DNA from: Candidatus Oxydemutatoraceae bacterium
GTDB taxonomy: Bacteria > Pseudomonadota > Gammaproteobacteria > Poriferisulfidales > Oxydemutatoraceae
Assembly: GCA_965219575.1 (NCBI GenBank)
Contig: OZ244779.1
Coordinates: 1,994,585 to 2,058,584 of the forward strand
Length of the DNA stretch: 64,000 nt
Reading direction: 5' to 3'
The notes under the pieces are model-generated. The model was not told the DNA's origin. It ran no database searches and was given only the letters and a program-made list of their open reading frames with translations. A program made the position numbers and the translations under genes. The first letter of the stretch is position 1, and each line of letters opens with the position of its first letter. Shown here piece by piece: positions 46,551-56,828 of the stretch.

Positions 46551-47564
46551 TTATTCTAGTACCGCACTCACTTCTTGTTGGTAGAGCAAACCGATATAGG
46601 CGGAGAAAAAGAGCAATATCAAAACGCCTTTGACGCGATACAAACAATAACGTTGCGGGATTAAAAACAGTATCAGCAATAATAAGGTGATCATCGCATT
46701 AACAAAAAAATCTCTATACAGAACTTCATTTCTCATCTGTGCATCGCCGACCATCGCAATCGCACCGATAACGCCCAAACCGTTGAACAAATTAGAACCT
46801 AAGATATTACCGACTGCGATATCCTCGCGTTTTTTCCATGCACTCACCAACGATGTGACGATCTCGGGCAGACTGGTGCCCAATGCGGTCATTGTCAAAC
46901 CAACCAATAATTCGCTAACCCCGAAGTGATTGGCGATGCCGATTGCCGACCATACAATTAATTCCGCTGCGCCGACCAATACTGCGGTACCTATGAGTAT
47001 ATGTAGCCATCCTTCCCGATGACGGCTTTGCCCGTCGTCTTCGTATTCGTCGGCGGTGCGTATCATCCAATACATCAATGCAACCAAAACCAACAACAAG
47101 AGCAATCCGTCTACGAAATCAAGCTCAAAGTTCGCTTGCACTTGTGTCGTTTGTCCCAGCGTGCCGAACAATGCAAGGACATCTTTGAAGTCAAGTTGCC
47201 AATCCATTGCCAACAACCATACCGCCAAGATGGCGATGCCCAGCATGCTAAACTTCTTAAGAAAGATATGCCGTTTGATGTGGATCGGTATGACCAACGC
47301 CGCCAATCCCAACCCCAAACCTATGTTGGCGATATTGGAACCGATCGCATTGCCCAGCGCAACTTCGGTCGCGCCGCGCAGTGCTGCCAGCATAGAGACA
47401 AAAAACTCGGGTGCCGATGTGCCCAAGCCGACGATAACCATGCCGATAATCAACTGCGATATTCTATAGCGTTGGGCGATACCTACGGCACCTTTGACTA
47501 GAAGGTTTGCCGACCAAATGATTAAAGCCAAGCCGGCAAAAAAAGCAATTAATTGGATTAGCAT
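46551..47564 (-). CDS. yrbG: CaCA-family cation/Ca2+ antiporter (YrbG)
   Basis: GTSAPEFFVS...GNAIGSNIANIGLGLG and a second GTSLPEIVTS...GNILGSNLFN alpha-repeat. Adjacent to kdsD as in E. coli. Confidence 0.8.
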   Translation of the reverse strand: MLIQLIAFFAGLALIIWSANLLVKGAVGIAQRYRISQLIIGMVIVGLGTSAPEFFVSMLAALRGATEVALGNAIGSNIANIGLGLGLAALVIPIHIKRHIFLKKFSMLGIAILAVWLLAMDWQLDFKDVLALFGTLGQTTQVQANFELDFVDGLLLLLVLVALMYWMIRTADEYEDDGQSRHREGWLHILIGTAVLVGAAELIVWSAIGIANHFGVSELLVGLTMTALGTSLPEIVTSLVSAWKKREDIAVGNILGSNLFNGLGVIGAIAMVGDAQMRNEVLYRDFFVNAMITLLLLILFLIPQRYCLYRVKGVLILLFFSAYIGLLYQQEVSAVLE

Positions 47565-47617
47565 ATTATGAATTCTAAAATAGTGCCCTGTTTGTTAAAA
47601 GTATATGTGTTAATATA

Positions 47618-49066
47618 TTGTACATGGAACAAGCACTCGATATTGCAAAAAGCGACCTGCTCGCACCCGCCGAAATAGACGAACATCATTTGCAAAAAGT
47701 GCTATCCTCTCTGATGGTTCCGGGCGTAGACGACGCGGAACTTTATTTCCAACATAGCCGCCGAGAAGCATGGTCTTTAGAGGACGGCATTGTCAAAGAA
47801 GCGGACTTTAGTCTGGATAGAGGGGTCGGCGTTCGGGCGGTCAGCGGCGAGAAAACCGGTTTTGCTTATGCCAACGAAATCGTCATGCCGGCATTGACTA
47901 CGGCAAGCGAAACGGTACGATATATCGCTCGCTCCGGAAACACTCATGCACTCCAGAATTGGCAATCCCATAACATGCAAAGGCTCTATGACTTTGACGA
48001 CCCGTTGGCGGGCATGGCGGCACAAGACAAAACCGATTTGCTCTATGCCGTAGATGCACAAGCAAGGCAATCGGATCCTCGCATCAAGCAAGTGATGGCA
48101 TCCTTATTAGCCAGCTACGATGTGGTTTTAGTCGTCTCTTCCGACGGTACTTTTGCAGCCGATATACGACCTTTGGTGAGACTCAATGTCGCGGTCGTGG
48201 TTGCCGACAAAGAGAGGAGAGAATCGGGCTATGCCGGTGCCGGCGGACGTTTTAGCTACCAAGAGTTATTGCAAAAGCATACATCCAAAAGCGTGGTTGA
48301 CGAAGCGGTCAGGCTCGCACTACTCAACCTAGAGGCGGTGCCGGCACCGGTCGGCGAGATGGTCGTCGTTTTAGGGCCGGGTTGGCCGGGCGTTTTGTTG
48401 CACGAAGCCATCGGGCATGGGCTAGAAGGTGATTTTTGCCGCAAACGCACCTCGGCGTTTTCAGACCGCATCGGCGAGCGCGTCGCAGCTTCGGAAGTGA
48501 CGGTTGTCGACGACGGCACGCTTAACGGACGACGCGGTTCGCTCAACATAGACGACGAAGGCACTGCCACGCAATGCACCACATTAATAGAAAAAGGCAT
48601 ACTCAAAAATTATATGCAGGATAAAACCAATGCCCGCCTAATGAATGTTCAACCCACCGGCAACGGACGCCGGCAATCGTATGCCCATCTGCCGATGCCG
48701 CGTATGACCAATACTTATATGCTCAACGGGCAACACAGCCCCGACGAGATCATCCGCTCGGTGGATAAAGGCATCTACGCAGTTAACTTCGGCGGCGGGC
48801 AAGTTGATATCACCTCCGGCAAATTCGTTTTTTCGGCAAGCGAAGCCTACCGCATAGAAAACGGTTCCGTGGGTGCGCCGGTCAAAGGGGTATCGCTGAT
48901 AGGACACGGTCCCGACATCCTCACTAAGGTCTCAATGGTCGGCGACGATATGAAACTGGACAACGGCATCGGTTCTTGCGGCAAGCACGGCCAGCTGGTG
49001 CCGGTCGGCGTAGGTCAACCGACGCTACGCGTAGACGGGATGACGGTGGGAGGAACCGATATTTGA
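47618..49066 (+). CDS. tldD: Metalloprotease TldD
   Basis: HEAIGHGLEGDF. Confidence 0.88.
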   Translation: MYMEQALDIAKSDLLAPAEIDEHHLQKVLSSLMVPGVDDAELYFQHSRREAWSLEDGIVKEADFSLDRGVGVRAVSGEKTGFAYANEIVMPALTTASETVRYIARSGNTHALQNWQSHNMQRLYDFDDPLAGMAAQDKTDLLYAVDAQARQSDPRIKQVMASLLASYDVVLVVSSDGTFAADIRPLVRLNVAVVVADKERRESGYAGAGGRFSYQELLQKHTSKSVVDEAVRLALLNLEAVPAPVGEMVVVLGPGWPGVLLHEAIGHGLEGDFCRKRTSAFSDRIGERVAASEVTVVDDGTLNGRRGSLNIDDEGTATQCTTLIEKGILKNYMQDKTNARLMNVQPTGNGRRQSYAHLPMPRMTNTYMLNGQHSPDEIIRSVDKGIYAVNFGGGQVDITSGKFVFSASEAYRIENGSVGAPVKGVSLIGHGPDILTKVSMVGDDMKLDNGIGSCGKHGQLVPVGVGQPTLRVDGMTVGGTDI

Positions 49067-50412
49067 AACCCGAACATTCCGATTTGGTAACGGCAAAAAC
49101 GCCGCAACAGCTAAAAGAAATAGTCGCCGAAATTCTGGAAAAAGCACAGGGATGCGGTGTGAGCGCAGCCGAAGTGTCGGCGTCGGTAAGTCAAAACCTG
49201 TCGGTCTCGGTGCGCATGGGAGACATAGACATATTAGAGCGCGGTAGCGATCAGGGCATGGACCTGACCGTTTATTTAGGAAAACGCAGCGGAAGTTCGG
49301 CTGCAACCGGTTTGACGCATGCGGATATCGCAAAGCTCGTAGAGGAAGCCGTGAACATCGCAAAATATACCGGCGAAGATGACTATGCGGGTCTCGCCGA
49401 TGCCGACGACATGGCAACCGAAATACCCGATTTACAGCTTCATCATCCGTGGACGATCGATACTGCGAGTGCGATTGAACTGGCAACCGAATGCGAGGAT
49501 GCAGCACGTGCCGAACCGTTGATAGTTAATTCCGAAGGCGCGCAACTATCCACGGTTCAAGGCACCTATTGCTACGGCAACACGCACGGTTTTAATGCCG
49601 CCTACCGAGGCACACGGCATAGTATCTTGTGTTCGGTGGTTGCCGGGAAAAACGGTGCGATGCAACGCGACATGTGGTTTGATAGCAATCGCAATGCCGA
49701 AACACTGCAATCGGCGAAGACCATAGGTCGGCGCGCCGCAGAACGCGCCGTGCAAAGATTAGGGGCAAGCAAAGTACAAAGCTGCAAGATTCCGGTTTTA
49801 TTTGTTCCGGAAACGGCAGCCTCGTTGATCGGACATTTCACCGCCGCAATCAGCGGTAGCGCGTTATATAAGGGAACCTCGTTCTTGCCGGACTCCCTGA
49901 ATAAAGCGATATTTCCCGCTTTCATGCAACTGTCCGAACAACCTCGCCTGCCGTGCGGTTTATATAGCGCGCCGTTCGACGGCGAGGGCGTTGCCACACG
50001 CGATCAAATTATCGTCGCCGACGGTGTGGTACAGAACTATATACTCAACAGCTATGCTGCGCGTCGCTTGTCTATGAAAACAACCGCAAACGACGGTGGT
50101 TTGCGGAATGTGATTTTATCCGGCGAACAGAAAAGTTTTGACGAACTACTCAAAGACATGGACAAGGGATTAGTCGTCACAGAACTTATCGGCATGGGGG
50201 TTAACCCAGTAACCGGCGATTACTCGCGAGGGGCTTCGGGCTTCTGGGTGGAGAACGGAAAGATAGACCATCCGGTCGAGGAAATCACCATCGCCGGCAA
50301 CTTGAGTGCAATGTATTCGAACATCGTAGCACTCGGCAACGATATAGACCAACGCTACAATATCCGCTGCGGTTCTATACTGATAGGAGAAATGGCTATC
50401 TCAGGGATGTAG
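49063..50412 (+). CDS. pmbA: Metalloprotease PmbA/TldE; probable TTG start overlapping the tldD stop
   Basis: PmbA-like length and order after tldD. The frame is open from 48976; the first in-frame candidate after the tldD stop is TTG 49063. Confidence 0.7.
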   Translation: MKPEHSDLVTAKTPQQLKEIVAEILEKAQGCGVSAAEVSASVSQNLSVSVRMGDIDILERGSDQGMDLTVYLGKRSGSSAATGLTHADIAKLVEEAVNIAKYTGEDDYAGLADADDMATEIPDLQLHHPWTIDTASAIELATECEDAARAEPLIVNSEGAQLSTVQGTYCYGNTHGFNAAYRGTRHSILCSVVAGKNGAMQRDMWFDSNRNAETLQSAKTIGRRAAERAVQRLGASKVQSCKIPVLFVPETAASLIGHFTAAISGSALYKGTSFLPDSLNKAIFPAFMQLSEQPRLPCGLYSAPFDGEGVATRDQIIVADGVVQNYILNSYAARRLSMKTTANDGGLRNVILSGEQKSFDELLKDMDKGLVVTELIGMGVNPVTGDYSRGASGFWVENGKIDHPVEEITIAGNLSAMYSNIVALGNDIDQRYNIRCGSILIGEMAISGM

Positions 50413-50800
50413 ATCTGCCAACTATTCCCCTCCTTTGGAGGGGTGGCAGGCGCAGCCTGACGGGGTGGTTGTATCGTGGGGCTGTTGAAAAAGTATCCAC
50501 GAACCGTAGGACGGTACATTCCCCTCCTTCGGAGGGGTGGCAGGCGCAGCCTGACGGGGTGGTCGCCGGGGTCTTGCACAATGTCACGCCGATTGACCTA
50601 CTGGCTCAATCGGCGGCTTTATACTGCCCCCACCACTCTATGAAATACTTTTTCAACAGTCCCATCGTATCTGCAAGATTTATACATTACATCCAACCAA
50701 TTTATGGAAACCATTATTTGTTGGCGCAAGCGGTTGGATTTTTGCGCTACCAATACTTTTTCAACAGCCCCACATTACTACTTTGTGCTTACAGTACGAC
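50413..50800. repeat. Mosaic palindromic-unit array
   Basis: CCCCTCC..GGAGGGG three times; GCCGATTGACC..CAATCGGC. Confidence 0.8.
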
Positions 50801-51415
50801 CATAACTTATTGAAAATCATATGCAGTTTCATTAAACTATCAGACACAAACAACAACGGTACCACCGCATAAAGGGTGTGCCGGAGCTAACGTATCAAAA
50901 TACTCAACTATAAGGTTTGTAAAACATGAAAATACCCTCGATGACAACATTCGCAACCGTAATGTTAGATGTTTATGTGGCTCACTATCACAAAGATTTC
51001 ATAGCGGATGGATTAGAAGACACAACGGATACTGCATTTTACGACAAAGTAATTGAACTACATCCTAAGTTGGTTGCTGCTTACTATTGCAGGGCCCTAG
51101 TCAGGGGTAAATTAAGAGATGATGCCGGCGCACTTGCAGATTTTGACCATGTAATTAAGTTAGATAAGAAGAATCAAGATGTTTATCATATGAGAGCTTT
51201 CACCAAGAATAAATTAGGAAATTTTCAAGGAGCGATTGTGGACTTAAATAGATTCCTTAAAAAGAACCCTCAGAATAGTTCCGCCTACAATATCCGAGGT
51301 TTTTCTAAATTTAAATTAAGAGACTACAAAGGGGCAGCCAAGGACTTCGACAAAATGATCGAACTAGAACCGAATTATGCTACCGGCTATGATTTTAGAG
51401 GCCTTAATAAAGTTA

Positions 51416-52168
51416 GGTACTTGACTAGTTTAGGGAGTACGATTTGATAAAATAACTAGTAATGACAACACCTAACAGACATTTTAGAAGGGCACATATT
51501 TCAAACAGGAAAATAAGGCAAATTGTGAGGTATTTTGCCCTTGATCTGAGTGCAACCCAAATCGCACAAGCAGCCGGGGTCAATAGAAATACCGCGAATA
51601 GATATGTCAATATAATCCGAGAAAGAATTGCACAACACTGCGAGCAGACGAGCCTATTCTCTGGCGAGGTAGAGTTCGATGAGTCCTACTTCGGTGGTCG
51701 CAAAAAGGGAGACAAAAGAGGTAGAGGTGCACCGAACAAAGTACCGGTATTCGGCATATTAAAAAGAGATGGGAAGGTCTATACGCAGGTGATACGCAAT
51801 GCTTCAAAGAGCGAGATACGACCTATTATCAAGCGTTTAGTGGGACACAGGAGTACTATATACACAGATAAATGGAGAGCTTATGACGGGTTGGTGTTGA
51901 ATGGATACAAACACTACCGCATCAATCATTCAAAGACACTGGGCAGTGGTACTAGACATATCAATGGCATTGAAAACTTCTGGGAATGGGCCAAAAGGAG
52001 ATTAACAAAGTTCTGCGGCGTGTCGAGAAAACATTTCCACCTTCATCTAAAAGAATGCGAGTGGCGATTCAATCACAGACACCTTTCAGCCTCCCAAAAG
52101 TATGAGATGCTAATGAAGATGGTAAGGGATATTTGAGTGGGACTTTGTCCCTAAACTAGTCAAGTACC
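51416..52168 (+). mobile_element. IS1595-family (ISXO2-like) insertion sequence, 753 bp, 8-bp target-site duplication TAAAGTTA
   Basis: Terminal inverted repeats GGTACTTGACTAGTTTAGGGAG / GTCCCTAAACTAGTCAAGTACC. Direct repeats TAAAGTTA at 51408-51415 and 52169-52176. Confidence 0.8.
51462..52136 (+). CDS. IS1595-family transposase
   Basis: N-terminal HTH (LSATQIAQAAGVNRNTANRYV) and DDE region ...TIYTDKWRAYDGL...HSKTLGSGTRHINGIENFWEW. Confidence 0.8.
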   Translation: MTTPNRHFRRAHISNRKIRQIVRYFALDLSATQIAQAAGVNRNTANRYVNIIRERIAQHCEQTSLFSGEVEFDESYFGGRKKGDKRGRGAPNKVPVFGILKRDGKVYTQVIRNASKSEIRPIIKRLVGHRSTIYTDKWRAYDGLVLNGYKHYRINHSKTLGSGTRHINGIENFWEWAKRRLTKFCGVSRKHFHLHLKECEWRFNHRHLSASQKYEMLMKMVRDI

Positions 52169-52805
52169 TAAAGTTATATTGGGAGACTATGAGGCCGCAA
52201 TCGCAAACTTTAGCAAAGCAACCGAACTAGACCCGAAGCATACTACTGCCTTCTATAATAGAGGTATAGTTAAAGACGGATTAGAAGACCATAAGGGAGC
52301 CATTGCGGACTTTGACAAAGCCATCAAACTAAGCCCGGAGTATGCTAACGTTTATAGCAGTAGAGGCATTGTTAAAGAAAATTTGGGGGACGTTGAGGAT
52401 GCTATTGCAGACTTTAACAGAGTAATTGAACTAAATCCCGAAGATGTCGATGCTTACCATAACAGAGGCTTTGCTAAAAAGGTATTAAAAGGCTACGAGG
52501 AAGCTATTGCAGACTTCAACAAAGCAATTGAACTAAACCCTGAATCTGCTTATGCATACGGCAAAAGAGGTACTGTTAAGGAGAAATTGGCGGACTTTGG
52601 GGGGGCGATTGCAGACTTCAACAAAGTGATTGAACTGAACCCGGAATATACAGAGGCTTATCATAACCGAGGCTTTGCTAATGAAAACTTAAAGAACTAT
52701 AAAGCGGCTGTTGCCGACTACGACGAAGCCATTAAACTAGAACCATCTAATGAGATTTTTAGACAGGCAAGGCAGGAGGCGCAACAAAAACTCGATAATT
52801 CCTAA

Positions 52806-53128
52806 TCCGTAGGGGCTAACCATTCCCTTCCCCTATATATATCCGATTTTTGCATAACTCCAACCGCTTGCGCCACTTAATTTACGATAACCCCCTGACG
52901 GACAATTCTCCTCCTTCGGAGAGGTGGCCTACGCATTTTGCAATGTATGCGTTTAGCAATCATGTTGAAGTTCTGAACAAAGTCACGCCGATTGACCTAC
53001 TGGTTCAATCGGCAGTTCTATTCAGCCTGACGGGATGGTCGCAGAAGTGGGGCTGTTGAAAAAGTACCGTTGCGCACGAATTCAATCGCTTTGCGCCACA
53101 TAGTTATGATAACCACAAAGTCGCAGTG
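52806..53128. repeat. Mosaic palindromic-unit array
   Basis: Shared modules. Confidence 0.8.
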
Positions 53129-54094
53129 TTATCCGAGCTGTTTAATCTCCTCAGCGGATAAACCCGTCACTTCGGAAATCAACGAAACCTCCAGACCCTT
53201 TTGCAACATATTCAAGGCGATATTTCGGGCTTTTTCAACCTCACCTTTTTCAATACCTTGTTCAATGCCCCTTTCAATGCCTTGTTCAATACCTTCCTCT
53301 ATCAGCCCTTCCCTTTCCAAGTTGTATTCCAGCTTGTATCTATCGTGGGCTATAGAATCCCACAGCTCTATCTCCTCTTCCGATACCTTCTCTAAATGCT
53401 CTAATGCCATCTTTATCTCTCCGTCTTGTGATAAATGCGCTACCTGCTCGGGTGTCAAGTCCTTTGAATGTTTCATAATATAGCACCACCTATCGGCCAT
53501 ATCAACTAGTTCTAAATGGTGCTTATTAAATTTGTTTAGTTCCACTATCATTATCGTTAAATCCATCTTGAGTTTCTTATTCAGACGCTTAATCGATTTG
53601 ATTTCTAGCTGATCTATATGTTCGTCCGTGTCGCCAAATACCGTGAAATCGGTGAATGCCAGCAAGTAGGTCGGACTAATCTTGCTATACTTTTGTCCAC
53701 GATTTACGACATGGGTATGCAACTGTGCCCAATAGAGCAACATTCTCCCCAGAAAGTGTTTCTCACGATAGACCTGCATTTCTATGCTAACACTCTCGCC
53801 ACTATTCAATTTGACATTGAGGTCTAGTACGACTTGCTTGCCGTCCGGCGTGTTCGGTGAGATGACACTATCTTCCAGATGCAACTTATCGTCCGATTGA
53901 CTCTGTGGTTGCTTTGCAGACTCGGACTCTGTGTTGTCTTTGTTGGGGTTCAGTATCACCATATCCGAGGCACTATCGGAGATCGGCAGGAAGCTCTTGA
54001 TCAGCGAGAGCAGTACCTGTTTATTAGTTGAGAAGCATCGTTTGAATACTCGGTCTTTGGTCAGTGGCAAATATTTTCTCTGTTCTTTGTTCAT
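53129..54094 (-). CDS. Rpn-family (YhgA-like, PD-(D/E)xK) recombination-promoting nuclease / putative transposase
   Basis: N-terminal KYLPLTKDRVFKRCF, and C-terminal EGLIEEGIEQGIERGIEQGIEKGEVE repeats typical of Rpn proteins. Confidence 0.65.
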   Translation of the reverse strand: MNKEQRKYLPLTKDRVFKRCFSTNKQVLLSLIKSFLPISDSASDMVILNPNKDNTESESAKQPQSQSDDKLHLEDSVISPNTPDGKQVVLDLNVKLNSGESVSIEMQVYREKHFLGRMLLYWAQLHTHVVNRGQKYSKISPTYLLAFTDFTVFGDTDEHIDQLEIKSIKRLNKKLKMDLTIMIVELNKFNKHHLELVDMADRWCYIMKHSKDLTPEQVAHLSQDGEIKMALEHLEKVSEEEIELWDSIAHDRYKLEYNLEREGLIEEGIEQGIERGIEQGIEKGEVEKARNIALNMLQKGLEVSLISEVTGLSAEEIKQLG

Positions 54095-54199
54095 GAAACC
54101 TCCTATGAGTTTTGGTTAAAACTCATAGGGTGAGCGAATATTTAGGGTGTGGGGAAACATTTCGATGAACGGTAGCAGATATTAGATAAACGGTAAGAT

Positions 54200-54533
54200 G
54201 TCGTGCAGATACACGAGGCTATTGAAAAAGTGCCGTGCTGTATGAACTCAACCGCTTGCGCCGGATGGTTTTGGTTTTATGAATTAGATGACGTACGATT
54301 TTATTATGCAAACACGACGCGTGTTCGGGCGGATATCATAATGGCCGATTTACCTACCGGCTCAATCGGCGGTGTTATTGCGCCTGCCACCCCTCTACAG
54401 GAGGGGAATGATCCGCTCCTACACATGTCGGTTACATTGCAGTTCTATTTTTCAACAGCCCCCCTTAGCGACCACCCCGTCAGGCTGCGCCTGCCACCCC
54501 TCCACAGGAGGGGAATAAAAAGATTGGCCTTGA
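54200..54533. repeat. Mosaic palindromic-unit array
   Basis: GCCGATTTACCTACCGGCTCAATCGGC and CCCCTC..GGAGGGG twice. Confidence 0.8.
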
Positions 54534-55175
54534 TTATTTTGAATAGTTATTCGGGGGATCTATATCTGCAACCCCCGCCGCAGATTTCCGAGTTTGTGAA
54601 TCAGTATTACTAACGGATATGTCACAGGCTTTCAATACTTGGTCTCTTAGTATCAGTCCTAAAACCCGCATTAAATCCCTTATCTGAATACCTTCGTTAA
54701 AAGCTACATTAGCCAACTTATCGTATTGCTCTTTATAATTTTTTTCTAAGTCCTTGGGGATTTGGTTTTGCGCAAAATCAAAACAGCTTTGCTGTATTTG
54801 ATAAGCATTCATTTCCCGCTTTTTAGCTTTCTTAGTAAGTTGCTTTTCATATTTATCAGTTATGAACTTTACATCTATCTTTTTAGACAGTGATTCTCCA
54901 TATTCACTCAATGACACCGGGCTATCGCTTTGATATATTGCTTTACCCCTAGAGGCAATCACTTCATCAGAAAGAGTATCTACTCTTCCAATAAGAACAT
55001 TTATTTTTTCACGAATTTCCTCTATTGACTTAAGTCCTTTGAGAAGACCTTGTGCGTTTTTTCTAATATCTTCTAAATCTTTCAATTTTGAGTTCGCTGT
55101 GACAAACCACGCGATAATACCAAAGAGGATTACGAAAGATAAGATATTCTCTAATATATAATTGACTACAATCAT
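54534..55175 (-). CDS. Hypothetical membrane-anchored coiled-coil protein
   Basis: N-terminal TM ILSFVILFGIIAWFV. Its start codon lies 2 bp from the IS3 end. Confidence 0.4.
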   Translation of the reverse strand: MIVVNYILENILSFVILFGIIAWFVTANSKLKDLEDIRKNAQGLLKGLKSIEEIREKINVLIGRVDTLSDEVIASRGKAIYQSDSPVSLSEYGESLSKKIDVKFITDKYEKQLTKKAKKREMNAYQIQQSCFDFAQNQIPKDLEKNYKEQYDKLANVAFNEGIQIRDLMRVLGLILRDQVLKACDISVSNTDSQTRKSAAGVADIDPPNNYSK

Positions 55176-55218
55176 TTTGACGTTACCCCATTTTTATTAC
55201 CATCTGCAAAGTTAGTTT

Positions 55219-56043
55219 TCATGCTATAGCCTCCGAAAATACACTCGGGGGTTGATAACCCAACGCGCTGTGCGGACGCACTTCATTATAATCTATTCGC
55301 CAGGCTTCTATAATCTCTCTGGCCTCTTTTATTGAACGAAACCAGAACTGGTTCAGGCAACCGTCTCGGAACTTACCGTTGAAACTTTCTACAAAGGCAT
55401 TCTGGGTCGGTTTGCCGGGTTGGATAAAGTCCAATTCCACCTGCTGATCTCGACTCCAGTGAAACATCGCCTTGCATCTAAACTCGGTGCCATTGTCGCA
55501 GACGATGCGTACCGGCTTTACACCGAGCCGTTCTATCAATTCGGATAGATAGTTTGCTACGCGTTGACCGGTGATCGAAACATCAACAATCTGTCCGACA
55601 CATTCACGGCTGAAGTTATCTACTATGTTCAATACCCGAAAGCATCTGCCGTCGCTAAACTGGTCATGCACAAAGTCCATTGACCAGCACTCATTCACCG
55701 TTGCCGGTGTTTTCGGCACGCCACGCGGATGACACAGCTTCTTGCGCTTCTTGGTTCTCAATTCAAGCCCGAGCTTCTTATAAAGCCTATAGGTGCGCTT
55801 CACATTGACGACCCGGCCTTCGCTCTTCAAAAGCGCATGCAACATCTTATAGCCATAATGTGGATACTGCTTTGCCTTCTCCAATAACGCCGCTTCCAGT
55901 TGACGATCTTTATCAGCTTGGTTGCCCTGATAGCGATATGCAGTGCGACTAATACTGGCAAGGGCACACGCAGTGCGTTCACTATGCCGACCCCCACTCA
56001 CTAGATCTTTGACAATCTGCTTGCGTTGCGCCGGCTTTACCAC
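55219..56043 (-). CDS. IS3-family transposase OrfB (DDE integrase core)
   Basis: rve-type core ...WSMDFVHDQ...IVCDNGTEF... Confidence 0.8.
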   Translation of the reverse strand: MVKPAQRKQIVKDLVSGGRHSERTACALASISRTAYRYQGNQADKDRQLEAALLEKAKQYPHYGYKMLHALLKSEGRVVNVKRTYRLYKKLGLELRTKKRKKLCHPRGVPKTPATVNECWSMDFVHDQFSDGRCFRVLNIVDNFSRECVGQIVDVSITGQRVANYLSELIERLGVKPVRIVCDNGTEFRCKAMFHWSRDQQVELDFIQPGKPTQNAFVESFNGKFRDGCLNQFWFRSIKEAREIIEAWRIDYNEVRPHSALGYQPPSVFSEAIA

Positions 56044-56303
56044 TTTTTTGATAATACCTCCTTGAGTGTTTCACACTGCATCACCGTTTCAGCCAATAGC
56101 TTCTTGAGCTTGCTATTCTCGGCTTCAAGCTCTCGCAGGCGTTTAGCTTCTGACACTTCCATGCCATTATACTTGCTGCGCCAGCGATAAAATGTCTGTT
56201 CGGCGATATCTAACTCACGACAGATATCTATTACTTTCCTGCCGGCTTCGTTTGACTTTAATGCCTTAATGATTTGTTCTTCACTAAAACGTTTTCTCTT
56301 CAT
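56037..56303 (-). CDS. IS3-family transposase OrfA (HTH plus leucine zipper)
   Basis: MKRKRFSEEQIIKALK...TFYRWRSKY...ELEAENSKLKKLLAE. Overlaps orfB at the AAAAAAG heptamer, about 56043-56049. Confidence 0.8.
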   Translation of the reverse strand: MKRKRFSEEQIIKALKSNEAGRKVIDICRELDIAEQTFYRWRSKYNGMEVSEAKRLRELEAENSKLKKLLAETVMQCETLKEVLSKKW

Positions 56304-56391
56304 GTTAAGTTCTCCTGTAATGTTTTTAACTTCTCTAGTTTATCGGAAAAACTAACTTTAAGCATTGGTGATAAATTTAGGGAGAACGTCA

Positions 56392-56760
56392 ATTTGATTA
56401 TCCCTTAATTAACTTTAATTTATATGCAATTATATAATAAATTACTTTGCCCTTCCCTTATTTTTAAGGTCACTTTTGTACTGGTGCAGATACGACGGGG
56501 CTGTTGAAAAAATACTGTTCTGCAAAACTGTAACCGCTTGCGCCATTTGGTTTTGGTTTCCATAAATTGAATAAATAAATGTATAAATTGTGCAGGCACA
56601 ACGCGTTACGGGCGGACATGCAAGTCCGCCCCTACAGCGGTTTATAGATATTCACGGCGCAAGCGGTTGCGGCTATTCTGGAACGGTACTTTAGGGCGGA
56701 CACACAGGTCCGCCCCTACGGGTGGTTTGTAAATATTCGTGGCGCAGAGCAGTTCTAATT
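56392..56760. repeat. Mosaic palindromic-unit array
   Basis: Two GGGCGGAC-N6-GTCCGCCC hairpins and CGGCGCAAGCGGTTGCGG modules. Confidence 0.8.
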
Positions 56761-56828
56761 ATGCTATTACTAAAATTTAAGGAGGGCATAGTATAATGAA
56801 GTCTCATTAATCAACTTGAGTGTAAAAG

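Larger units (their letters stand above)
50926..52805 (+). pseudogene. TPR-repeat protein gene split by an IS1595-family insertion (N-part 50926..51415, C-part 52177..52805)
   Basis: Removing 51416-52176 restores a continuous frame ...FRGLNKVILGDYEAAIANFSKATELDP of canonical 34-aa TPRs. Confidence 0.75.
55178..56391 (-). mobile_element. IS3-family insertion sequence (1214 bp) with 4-bp target duplication ATTT
   Basis: Imperfect terminal IRs TGACGTTACCCCATTTTTATTACC... / ...TGACGTTCTCCCTAAATTTATCACC. ATTT at 55174-55177 and 56392-56395. OrfA/OrfB carry an A AAA AAG slippery site. Confidence 0.8.
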
